64,000 bases of DNA from Octopus vulgaris (taxonomy: Eukaryota). A program made the position numbers and the translations under genes. The DNA is taken from contig OX597827.1 of NCBI GenBank assembly GCA_951406725.2, positions 79,980,001 through 80,044,000 on the forward strand. The letters are read 5' to 3'. Below are positions 27,598 to 38,885 of this stretch, piece by piece; position 1 is the stretch's first letter, and every line of letters starts with the position of its first letter. The notes below the pieces were generated by a model. It did not search any database. It was not told where the DNA came from and saw nothing but the letters and a program-made list of their open reading frames with translations.

Positions 27598-27716
27598 TCA
27601 GTTAGTAATGACATCTGGTGTTGAAGGTAACTGTCTCTCTGGAGGTTTCACATATCTGTCTTGATACTGTTGTCTTTCAGGGTTCACTGGTGTATCCTGT
27701 TGGCTACCATAGATCC
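27598..27716 (-). CDS. Pcdh: Protocadherin A terminal coding exon (GIYGSQQDTP...PERQLPSTPDVITN*)
   Basis: Acceptor ttttgcag, phase 1 continues the frame to TGA at 27598-27600; recurs in all five units. Confidence 0.85.
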
Positions 27717-27884
27717 CTGCAAAACATTGTTTTAATGTAGCAATGTCTGAAACAATCACCATCATCAGAAATACTCTAGGGACACACAGACAGAACTAAT
27801 TACATCTCAGTCTACAACAATAATTAGTACAATAATTAGTAATGAATTACTGTAATATTAAATGAGAATGGATTGTTGTCCTAC

Positions 27885-28038
27885 CTGACATTGCTGGTAT
27901 TTCTTCATACTGTCTACTTGACCGCTCACTCCAGCACTGTCCACTGCTCTTACGACTGGTCAATGTGTCAGTGGGATAGTTAGAAGATGGTCTGTTGTCT
28001 CCATACGATGTCACCTCAATCGGTTGACTGTATTTCTG
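27885..28038 (-). CDS. Pcdh: Protocadherin A cytoplasmic exon (QKYSQPIEV...QYEEIPAMS, 154 nt)
   Basis: Acceptor aacag|CAG, open phase-0 frame matching the upstream donor, donor TCAG|GTAGG; same exon recurs in all five units. Confidence 0.85.
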
Positions 28039-29371
28039 CTGTTAAATACAATAGTAACCAGATATAATGCACAAATATCATTTGCGACTATCAATGCTAT
28101 ATCTAATATTGAATAATTTATCACAGTTTTGCCGTCAAATAACTTCAGTGCTGTAGCAGACAGGTGAGAGAGAGAGAGAGAGAGATTCTATAATTGGTCA
28201 GCCTTTGAACTAAATACACATTTATCTTTGCAAATATTATCTTAAATATTTAAAACAGGTTTGTGTTGAGGATTAATAAGATGTTATATATCCAAATATT
28301 TGTTTAAGGTCATTGTTTTGATAACAGCATTAACTAAATAAATTTCTGGAATATCTTCTGTGTTTCCAAATTTGTGACCATAAATTCAAAAACAAAATGC
28401 TAAATGTGTTCAAATTGATGAATCTTAGTTAAGCCCATCCTATCTTTCCTGCAGGTTGTGAAACTATACGTGTGGAATTGATTGTTGTCTACAATGCCTT
28501 CCTTTGCTCCAAGTAGAGAAGGTTCACTACAGGGATTTCACTTTGCATTGTCAGCCCAGTGTGAAGGCTGCTGCCACCAACAGAGATGCAGATACCAACC
28601 ATGTCTGTCCCAGAAGGGGGTAGACACTGAAAACATAACCAGAAGACAGTAATTCCCAGTCAGAAAAGAAGCAGCGGACGATGTCAAACAGAAGATATTG
28701 GTGACAAGAGTATTCGTTTGGCTAAAGTCATTTCAGGTAAATGGGTAAGTTGCCTGCAACAAGACACTCGTTAAAATGAGAAAAAAAAACAACAAAGAAT
28801 GCCTCAAATCTGATAGGGCTCATATAGATTGGCCCCCTTCATATAGGCAATCTTGCGGAGAAAACAGAGGAATAAAGTTGAAATGGTTCATATGTGACAG
28901 CAGTATTTATGTCAGATGTCAGCATTGATGTGAAGAGTAACTTGAAGAGAAATAATGGCAGTCTTCTTGACATCATCCAGCTAAATAATAATTAATTATC
29001 AACTATTTACAAGGGTTAAATCATATTCATTTCTACTATAGACACATGGCTATAATCTCTAATTTAGAGTATATTTAAATATACTGACCCTAGATTTTTA
29101 TTGTTTCCTTATCAATTAGTGAGGGGAGAAAGGAAGTGATCACCTCCACTAATTGCTCTAAACTGGAAAGAGTTGATGTTAAACTTGGTGACACATTCAG
29201 ATCTACAACCCCAGTAGGCTATGGTTAGATTTGAACTCAGAATATAAACAGCTGGTAAAAAATATTTCAAGCCATCCTCATCAATCAATCACTCATTCTA
29301 ATAGACCACTGACATGTACTTAGTTTTATTTTTGTCAAATACTCTCATAGTTTTCTAAAAATAATACTTAC

Positions 29372-31720
29372 CCTGGTTGATTTCTGGAGTGTTCTGTTCA
29401 TTGTAGACATCTTCCAGTCATCTGGATAGTAATGGCTCTTCGAATGACCATATCTGTCTGATATCTCTCCTCGATTACCTGACATCACAGACACACTGTT
29501 GTTACCTTGATAGATCAACTGTCTCATCTCATTGCGACATTGGTATGCCTGTTTCTCTTCTGCTGTTCTTTCAGATGAGCTATTTCTCACATTGTTACAT
29601 CTCACAATACACAGGGTTATAGAAACCACAATAGCTATAGATACTATCACAGCTGCTACTACAATGATAATCAACAATGTCGCATCTATTGTGTTATCAC
29701 TTGGTAGGTGCACAGCTGTGAACATTGGTGACGTCTTGTTACTAACAGTCAGTGTCAAAGACACACTAGTTGTTGCTGACAGAACTGGAGTACCACTGTC
29801 TTTCACAACAAACTCAAGCTTATATGATCCGGCATCATTTTGGTAAACTGTGCGAGAGTAAGATAACACACCAGTGAACGAATCCAGTTTAAATAACTGT
29901 CTCTCGTTACCTGAAACGATTTCATACCTGAGAAAAGCATTCATGTGACTGTCTATATCAGATGCTTTCAGAACTGTGATGTCGTTCTTACTTTGCGGAT
30001 GATAGTGGACATTAAGAGTGAAAGGGTCAACACTAGGAAATGTAAAATATGGAGCATTATCATTTCTATCCAATACTTCCACTTCAACATTCACTGTGTT
30101 ATTCAGAGATGGGCTTCCATTGTCTTTCACAAAAACCTCAAACTCATAGAAATCTCTGTGTTCTCTGTCTAAAGACTGGTTTGTTGAAATAAAGCCAGAG
30201 TTGATAATCTGGAATGGCAGACGATATTGCTGTTTATTTCTCAGAGAATAAGACAATTCACCTCCCTTACCAATATCTGGGTCTGTAGCATTGATAAAGC
30301 CAATAGGGAAATTAGCTTTGTCATTCTCATAGGTAAGGAACTTGAATGTGTCTTTCGTAAAGTGTGGTTCTACATCATTCACATCTAACACTTGGATTGA
30401 CAGATCTTTATCAGTTTTCAGAGCAGGTAATCCTTTATCTTCACACGACACAGTAAAGTGATAATGTTCCTGTGTCTCTCTGTCTACTGCTTTCTTTAGA
30501 ACTATTTTATATTCCTTCGATCCCATTGACTGTAGTTTGAATGTGTCATCTTTGATATGACAGTTCACCTGTCCATTGTGTCCAACATCATTGTCAGTGA
30601 CCATCACATAAGCAATGAAACTACCAACTTTGATGTCTTCCAGAATGGTAGCTGTGTTGTGATTCTGTGTAGAAATAAAGTTCACATCAATATTTGGGGG
30701 ATTGTTTTGTTGGTTGATGACATTTACCATAACAGTTGCTATGGAACTGAGGGGAGGTTTGCCACCATCTCTGGCTTCAATGTATAATTTAAATGATTTC
30801 TTCTTTTCTAAATTAGAATGTTTAGACTGGAATATTTCCCCTGATTGCTGTTCTATCCTAAAGTTGTTCATTGACTCTTTAGATGTTAATGAACTGATAT
30901 AATATGAAACTTTACCATTCTCTCCAATATCAGAGTCTTCTGCCAACATTACAACAACTGGTCTATTCCTTTGATGGTTATTTTGTATGGAGACATTGTA
31001 TGTTTTCTCAGAGAAAATTGGTCTGTTATCATTTTCATCTTTCACAGTTATGTGCACATTTAAGACACCCTGTTTGGGTGGATTGCCTCCATCCTTAGCA
31101 ATCACTTCTATATTATAGCTATCTTTCGTCTCCCTATCTAACTTTGCTTCTAAAACGATTTCTAATGATAGCAAACTATCTGCTATCTGAAATGTGGACA
31201 AAGAAAACTGTAGGTTATTTCCCTTCAATTCGTAATTCACTAATCTGTTCTGTAATCCAACATCTTTGTCAATCGCATTGGGAATCGATTGTTTTGTACC
31301 TTTACCTTCAGTTTCAGAATATTCCAGTTTAATTTCTTCGACAGGAAACTCTGGTTGATGGTCATTGATGTCTTCTATAATCACCTTAATTTTCAATATC
31401 TTTATAAATTTACCTGCTTTATGAACGGCTACCTTAATTGTGTGAAAGCATTCTTTCTCAAAAGTACACAGAGACTCAGCATCCAGTGTTTGTGTGGTGT
31501 ATATCTTCCCAGTGGTGGTCACATTAAACAGCTGTGTTCCCTTCTGTTGCAACTGACTGAACGATAATAATGCAGTGTCCTTTAACTGGGAATCAGCAGT
31601 AATGTCTCCTATGTTGATAACAGGACTGTTCTCTTCTTTCACATGGTAAACAATGTCTTTAGAGACAGAACAGTGAAGCAGAGACTGTAATATCCAAATC
31701 GCTATTAAGACCATCTTCAT
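29372..31720 (-). CDS. Pcdh: Protocadherin A, large coding exon (signal peptide, EC1-EC6, TM, proximal cytoplasmic tail; 783 codons)
   Basis: ORF with hydrophobic N-terminus, cadherin motifs (EDINDHQPEF, LDRE, DENDNRPIF, DVNDVEPHF, DRNDNAPYF), EC1 CX5C (CTFEKEC) and TM LLIIIVVAAVIVSIAIVVSITLCIV. Ends at phase-0 donor AGG|GTAAGT at 29372; acceptor TTTTCAG starts the exon at 31748. Confidence 0.95.
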
Positions 31721-33070
31721 TTGTTGAGTTTAATACCAGTCAATTGATCTGAAAATATAAAGGTACACAACTGCCAGTCACATTACAGAAACAAATAACA
31801 GATTTATAATATTTATTCTCTTAACCACAGCAAAATAAACATCTTTTTATTATATTAAATGTTTTCATTCTTTCTTGCTTTACCTTCATTAATCACAATA
31901 ATACCCAATATATTATATTTATAAAATGTGTAACGAAGCAGTATTAAGTTCATTATTGTTGCATAATTTACAGGAAGATGCGAGTTCTAATTTCCATCTT
32001 TGCTTCATTAACTAAACTTTAAAATACAATATTTTAAGCAGAATGTCACAGAATTCCAAGGAGCGATACTTGTTGTTTGTAAGAATGTTATATATGAAAT
32101 ATAAAGTATTTAATTGTCTTTTTAACTGATTTGGATAGATATTGGAGTGCTGTGATGTAACTGAGTGAAAAAAAACACAGCCAACCACCTCATCATGTAC
32201 AATCTATTTAATCACTCAAGTTAGATTTCATTCTTACCAGGAAATAAGAGAGAAGGACCATTGTAAATAATCCAAACTTTTCCTGATAAAGGATGAGTGT
32301 CTAGAGACATCAGAGTTAAGTAGACACAGAAACAGGAGATGATATGGAGAAGCTAGGCATGGAAGCTAAAAGATCTATGACTGTAGGGAGAAAGATTGAA
32401 ACACTTGCACCATAGATTGACTACTGAGAATTACAGCAAAATAATCTGCAAGGGCCATGGGATCTGAGTGACTCCCATTGAAACTGACGGTGACATGACG
32501 GCAGAATGATATAAAAGACAAAGAGACAGGCTTGGAAAACCCAGAAGGAAGGTGGTTGTAGGGAGCATTATCAAACAGCATGAAGGGTAGCTAGGCAAAC
32601 AGGTGTACATACTCAGCTCAGGGTAGGGCAGAAAAGAAGAAATTTGCACATGTTCTGCAACATAAGGATCAGCAACATGAAGTGTTGAGGATTGTAAGAC
32701 AATGTGAGTTAAAGAGAACTCAGATACCATTGGTGAGAAGTAAATTTGGAATTATGAAGGCACACTGGCCATTGCCATGGAAGATAAGAGACAAGGGAGT
32801 GCTTTTAGGAGAGGTTGTCGAATGTGGAGAATGGGGGGGGCTACTTCATGTTGAGCCTACAGAGGACCAGCAATTCAAGTTGACAGCAATGGTAAAGAAA
32901 TGAAGAGAAAGCAAGTTGTAGGGTCATCAAGGACAGATGTAGAGATGTCCAAGAGATCTGGTAAAGTAAGCTATATAGGATTACCACTTGGACAGGAAAT
33001 CAGGTTATACAATGACTGACATAACGGTATCACAGTGAACTGATACAAAAACAAAGGAGATGCCTTAGAG

Positions 33071-33601
33071 CAGGGGTTCCCAACTGATTTTTGGCCATGC
33101 CACACCGGATCATTTCTAAAATCCTGATGCCCTCTTTGTGATATTTAATTTTTGTTATTCAAAATTTGGTTAATGTTTACAATATTACCTGGAAACAAAA
33201 AAAAAAAAGAAAGAATAGTGCAACAGATGTAAAAAAATGTCTGGGAGGCACACATACGAGTTTACCTACGTTGTTTTCACATACCACTATATTGAAGGAA
33301 ATAATTTTATTCCCACTTTAGAGACATCAGATCTTATGAATAGAGCTGATGAAAATGCCATGACCTTGATGTCTCTAAAGTGTCAAATTTTAAATAACTT
33401 GATGTCTCTAAAGTGTCAAAAATTTAGTATACTTGTCCACAGAAGGGATGTAAAGAATTTTTTTTTTGTTAATAATTCATTCTCAAATTGCCTCTCTTTC
33501 TCTATTGAGATGCTAAACATTGAGTACAAAAGGTATAAGTTCAACATAACCCTACACATGCCTCACCAAAATATTACCATGCCCCACGTTGGGAATCACA
33601 A
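33071..33601. mobile_element. hAT-like non-autonomous element
   Basis: Begins CAGGGGTTCCCAAC and ends GTTGGGAATCAC (degenerate TIR). Confidence 0.5.
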
Positions 33602-33699
33602 GAGAAAATTACAGGGGAATAAAAAAAAAACTATGAAGGTTGCAGTGTGTCATAACATAATTGAGCCATAACAGAATATACTTAGAAGAGATGCAACTG

Positions 33700-34830
33700 T
33701 AGGAGAACTACTTTGCAAAGAGTCAACTGCTTTTCCTGACAATTGCTGATTTAGAGAAGGTATTTGAAGGGTACCATGTTCCCTAATTTGGTGGTTACTA
33801 AGCGTTGATGAATGGCTTGTGAAGTCTGTTCAGGCTATGTACAAAGATGCAGTAAAATAAGAGTCTACAACGATTTCAGTAATGAATTTAGAGGAACAGT
33901 GGGAATCCATCAAGGTTCAATCTCAGTGTTCTCCTATTCATCACAGAACATGAAGCCATCACAAAGAAATTTAAGATTAGATATCCATGGAAATTTGCAT
34001 TTGTTGATAATCCATTTCTCATAGTTGAATCTACAGAGGAATTAGAGAAGAAATTCCAGGCATGGAAGCTAAACCTAAAAATTAAGGTAAACCTAGTCAA
34101 GTAAGTAAGAAAGAAGACAGGATCCAGACATTGTAAATGGCCTTGGTTAAAATGCAGAAAAAGAATAGTTATAACTGCCATATGCTGCGTCCAATGTAAG
34201 TTACAGCTGCACAAGTGGTGCAGTGGAATCACAGGCAGACTAACAAAGCAGACTGTGTATGTGACACGAGCACAGAAACGGTTGTAGTATGAGAACACAA
34301 GAAATAGATTCTCTTCAATTCACAGGAAGTAGAGAAGAGTTTTTGTTACAGAGGAGACATAATTATCGGGGAAGATGGTTGCACTGAAAGTAGGGTAGCC
34401 AGAGTAAGTACAGGTTGGAAAATTGGTATTACTACTGCTGCTGGCAATAAAAAGCTTTCCCTCAGACGGAAGGGGAGATTGTTTGATACTCGTGTTAGAA
34501 CTGTGCTACTGCATGGCAGAGGGACCTGGGCCTCGAATGTAAGGGACTTGAGAAAAGTGGAAAGAAATGAACCAGCATGTCAGTGTGCATGAGTGACATG
34601 ATACGAAAATGTTGACTGAGCATATGAGGAATTGAATGTAGTGTGCCAGAAGGAAGACTGTTCTGGTGCAGCATGTGGATGAGGACAGCTGTTTGAAGAA
34701 GTATTGATCATTTAATGTAGATGGAGCTTGTGGAAGAGGGAAACCTAAAAAGATAGGATGAAGTAGTGAAGGTTGATCTCAGGAGCTTCAACTTCACAGA
34801 GATGACGAGCAAGATGTGATGATGTAAAAG
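33700..34830 (+). mobile_element. Old degenerate RTE-clade LINE in intron 1 of Pcdh A
   Basis: Collinear with the younger copy at 43735-45120 (DLEKVF, VGIHQGS, VRTVLLHG..TW); many stops. Confidence 0.7.
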
Positions 34831-37490
34831 ATCCACCCTTCCATGGAACAATGTACCCAAACACAAGTATAAGGATTAAAAGGCAATAACAATGATATGT
34901 ATATAGTGCTCTCCGTCAAGCCAGCCTTACCCCATGTGACCTTAAACTTCCCTTCCATGATTCCCACCTCTTCATTGCTCACAGAGCACTCCTTCCCAAG
35001 TTACCTCTATTGTTACCCCAAACTTATAGTTGTCTCATTAACCACCCCTGTATCCCAAGAATGCCCACTAGCATTTCTTTCCCTTTCTGTACCCTCTCTT
35101 CCCCTTGTCCTTTCCACTATCTCTCCATCTACTGTACTTTTGCAGCATCCACACCCAGCTCTCCCTCTCCTTCCTCCCTCCCTCCAGGGCCTCCTTTATG
35201 CCTCTTCAACAACCTTTCTCATCACTCCAATCCCCTCACCTACCCCACCACCACCACCACCACACCCCGCTTTCTTTCCATGATTCTCTCAGGATTCCAC
35301 TCCACCCTCATCTATTGTTCCCTTTCCCTCAGCCCTTGTGTTCCATAGCCTTCAACTCCTCCTCCTCCTCACACAACCCACCTAATCAGCTCTTCAACTC
35401 GATCCCTCCATTTTTCTCGACCTTGTCACCAACCCTTTCCCCCCTCTCCTGTTCCTTGCTACATTCCCCATTCTCTCCTCTTACCATCCCTCATCCACCT
35501 TTCCCACACTCTCTTCTACTCTCTCTCAGTTACAGGCGTCACTTAAGGGCTCCAGTTTTGCAAGTAATCAGACAGACATCACAAGTGCTGGTGCCACAAA
35601 ATGTCCACCCAGTTCACTCTGTGCAGCGGTTGACATTAGGACGGGTATCTAGCCACAGGAACCATTCCAGTGTACACACTTGCACATGACAGTCCACTAA
35701 CTTGACAGCCTCTATCAAAGTGTCCAACCCATACCAGCATCCTCCTCATCATCATCATCATGAACCTTCAATGTGGTTAAACAGCCAATCCCAACCAGTA
35801 GGGATCCACAGTACAGCTTGTACTATTCATCATTTTGATTGCTGAATACCAAACCCAGCTCACAAGACCTCCATTCAGATGAGTCCATCACAAGGTGTGG
35901 CCACAGGATGCAAGTGAATGAGAACTGCTGCTTGCTTAATGGGGTGTGGGACCCTCAGAAGAGGAACACTCAGGAAGATATGGGATGAAGTGGTGAAAGC
36001 TGACCTCAGCACTTTGCACCTCATGGATGAGATGACAAAGGACTGGGATCTCTCATAATATAAGGTTCTCAAAAGTACTGGGACTGAGTCCTTGAAGTGC
36101 TATATTTTGGAGACTCAATCTGTTTCAGAAATTCCCTCCCCTCACATGCTACATTTATCTCTTCCTCCACCCCCTCGTCCACCCCACCATCAGCAACTGT
36201 AGCATCATTACTACACTTGCTATGCCCTTTTCTCCCCACTCATCTGCATCCCTCAATCATCCTGAACTCACAACTCTTGTCTCCTACCCATTTTGGCAGT
36301 CTGCCCTACCCTTCATTCACCTTCCCAAACGAACTTATAAATTACCTTCACACACACACACACTTCTACCCAGCTTGTGCCTTGTGGGGTAACCCAAATC
36401 CCTTATCACCACTATGTTTTACAGCTCCTACACATCATTTTCCCTTCTTTATCCTTCTCTCTCTCTCCCCCCTTCCCTCCCTTTCAAGCTGCAAACTGCA
36501 TTGTGACCCCAGCAGTGCATGTGGCATGTAAAGCACACTCAGCCCATGCTATAAAGTGGTTGGGGGTTACGAAGGGCATCCAGCTGCAAAAACCATACCA
36601 AAGCGGACACTGGAGCTCCATGTCATCCTTGGAGGCACTGGTTCCCATCAAACGGTCCAATCCATGTCAGCATGGATAATGAACATTCAATGATGATGAT
36701 GAAGTTCTCTTTCATACACAAATGACAAATGCGTTATAAAAATACCATTATTGTATTATGAAGACAATAGTGTAATTCAAAGTAAATACAGTTCTCTTAG
36801 TCAATAAATTTTTACAGAAATATCTAATGACAGAAAACCTCCTCCATCAACACCACATTTAATTAAAAGACATTCATTAAACAAGACCAAAGATGACAAT
36901 GTTTTGGTATGAATGCAACAAATAGATTAAAACCAATAAACTTAGAATTTAGAAAGAGTTAAATGATACCACAACACAATATTGATGATTTATGTTGACA
37001 CTAAACCACCATCTTGTCAACTCTTCTCCCAGTTTCACTTTAATATTCTATATTAATATAACCCATTCTTACATATAAACACAATAATGATACTTGACTC
37101 TCTCAAAACATCCTTCACAAGAAACACTCAAATTCTTTTAAATACACACAATAAAGAACATCTTCTGGTTATATATTATACATTATCAATACTGATAATA
37201 ATTATGAAGATGTCTGCAAATAAGAGACAACAAACTGACTGGATTTAAATATATTTCACTTGGAAAATAACCATAATTAAATATTATTTCACACTTCCTA
37301 ACAGCAAAATATCAATCATGAACATATAAATATCAAGAGAAAGCGTGTAACTGGCAAAGACCATATTTAAATGTCTACTGACATAATTTCTATTTGTTAT
37401 ATTCTATAGTAAAAGATGGCTGAAGAAAGTTTCTACAACAATCATCAGTCAAATATCTTAATAATACAAAATAAACATTCATAGACTTAC

Positions 37491-37990
37491 CTTCATTGTG
37501 TGTAAAATCCTTTGTTGTATAAACTGTGACTTGGTCCCAATGTTCTGTTGTTAATGGTTGTCTGTGTCACTGCTGCTATGGTGTGACAATAGGCTTCATG
37601 TTGATGGAATAGTGTTGGTGGTGAGTCAGTGGGAACCAGCAGTTCCCTCTCAGTCTTCCTTTGTGGATGTGTGGTGTTTAGTGAGTGTGTGTGTGTGTGT
37701 GCATGTAAATGAGAGAGGGGGTGGGAGAGAAAGATGGGTGATGCTTGCTCCAGCATCACAAAGAAGAGGGAAAGGAAGGGAGAGAACAAACAATATCAGC
37801 TCCACTAACAGTCAGCCATAAGAAGTCTATATAACACCAACATGTCTGATGTGGAGAGAGAGAGAGAGACTGGCATAGATATATATATATATATTCAGTG
37901 TTTCATACGGATCTCATATTAACAAAACATCACTGATATTGGTAAATATATTACTAACAAATGATGTTAATATAGAACAGTTCTGGTTAA
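37491..37990 (-). promoter_or_regulatory. Putative promoter and non-coding exon 1 of protocadherin A
   Basis: Conserved block found upstream of each large exon, ending in a strong donor AAG|GTAAGT (37491/37490). Contains TGAGTCA (AP-1 consensus) and (GA)n/(CA)n tracts. TSS position unknown. Confidence 0.7.
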
Positions 37991-38487
37991 GATGTGTCTG
38001 ACCTAAATATACACCCAACCTATAATGGAGGATGTAGGAACAAATAGAGAAGGGATATTCTAATTTTCAGGCAGGTTTATTTTGGTATCATTTTTAAATA
38101 TAATTTCCTAAGTCTTAGATTTTAAAAACACTGTTGTAAAAAATAGAGAAATATATTTTAAATGTATTCTAATTTAATTTTAGATATATTTGAGAAATTT
38201 CATAAAGAGCACATAACTCAGAATATATTAGAAATTTCATAAAGAGCACATAACTGAGAATATCAGAGAAAATATTGGCTGAAATAATATAATATGTGAA
38301 ATTCTTTGTATATAAATATTAAAATGTTGCTGACTTCATTGTTAGTGTCTATATATTCTGTAATAGGTTGGTATATGATATTGCAACTGTAAGGTAAAGT
38401 TAGATGTTATGATATTTATGTGTGTAGGAAGAGTGTCATATTTGAAATCCTGTTGGAAGGGGTCAATATTTAGTAAATGACCAATGG

Positions 38488-38606
38488 TCAGTTAGTAATG
38501 ACATCTGGTGTTGAAGGTAACTGTCTCTCTGGAGGTTTCACATATCTGTCTTGATACTGTTGTCTTTCGGGGTTCACTGGTGTATCCTGTTGGCTACCAT
38601 AGATCC
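38488..38606 (-). CDS. Pcdh: Protocadherin B terminal coding exon
   Basis: Copy of the 27598-27716 exon, TGA at 38488-38490. Confidence 0.85.
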
Positions 38607-38731
38607 CTGCAAAAGATTGTTTTAATTAATTACATCTCAGAATTAATTACATCTCAGTCTACAACAATAATTAGTACAATAATTAGTAATGAATTAGTGT
38701 AATATTAAATGAGAATGGATTGTTATCCTAC

Positions 38732-38885
38732 CTGACATTGCTGGTATTTCTTCATACTGTCTACTTGACCGCTCACTCCAGCACTGTCCACTGCTCTTAC
38801 GACTGGTCAGTGTGTCAGTGGGATAGTGAGAAGACGGTCTGTTGTCTCCATAAGATGTCACCTCAATCGGTTGACTGTATTTCTG
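38732..38885 (-). CDS. Pcdh: Protocadherin B cytoplasmic exon (154 nt)
   Basis: Copy of the 27885-28038 exon with intact splice sites. Confidence 0.85.

Noticed and set aside
29345-29371. Different C-termini of the four long ORFs (VSIIFRKL and others) as variable tails
   Set aside because: These are read-through past a conserved GTAAG donor into intron; real only if intron retention is shown.
34897-36531. Pro/Ser/Leu-rich ORFs up to 194 aa
   Set aside because: Pyrimidine-rich low-complexity sequence among LINE remnants; no domain or splice support.
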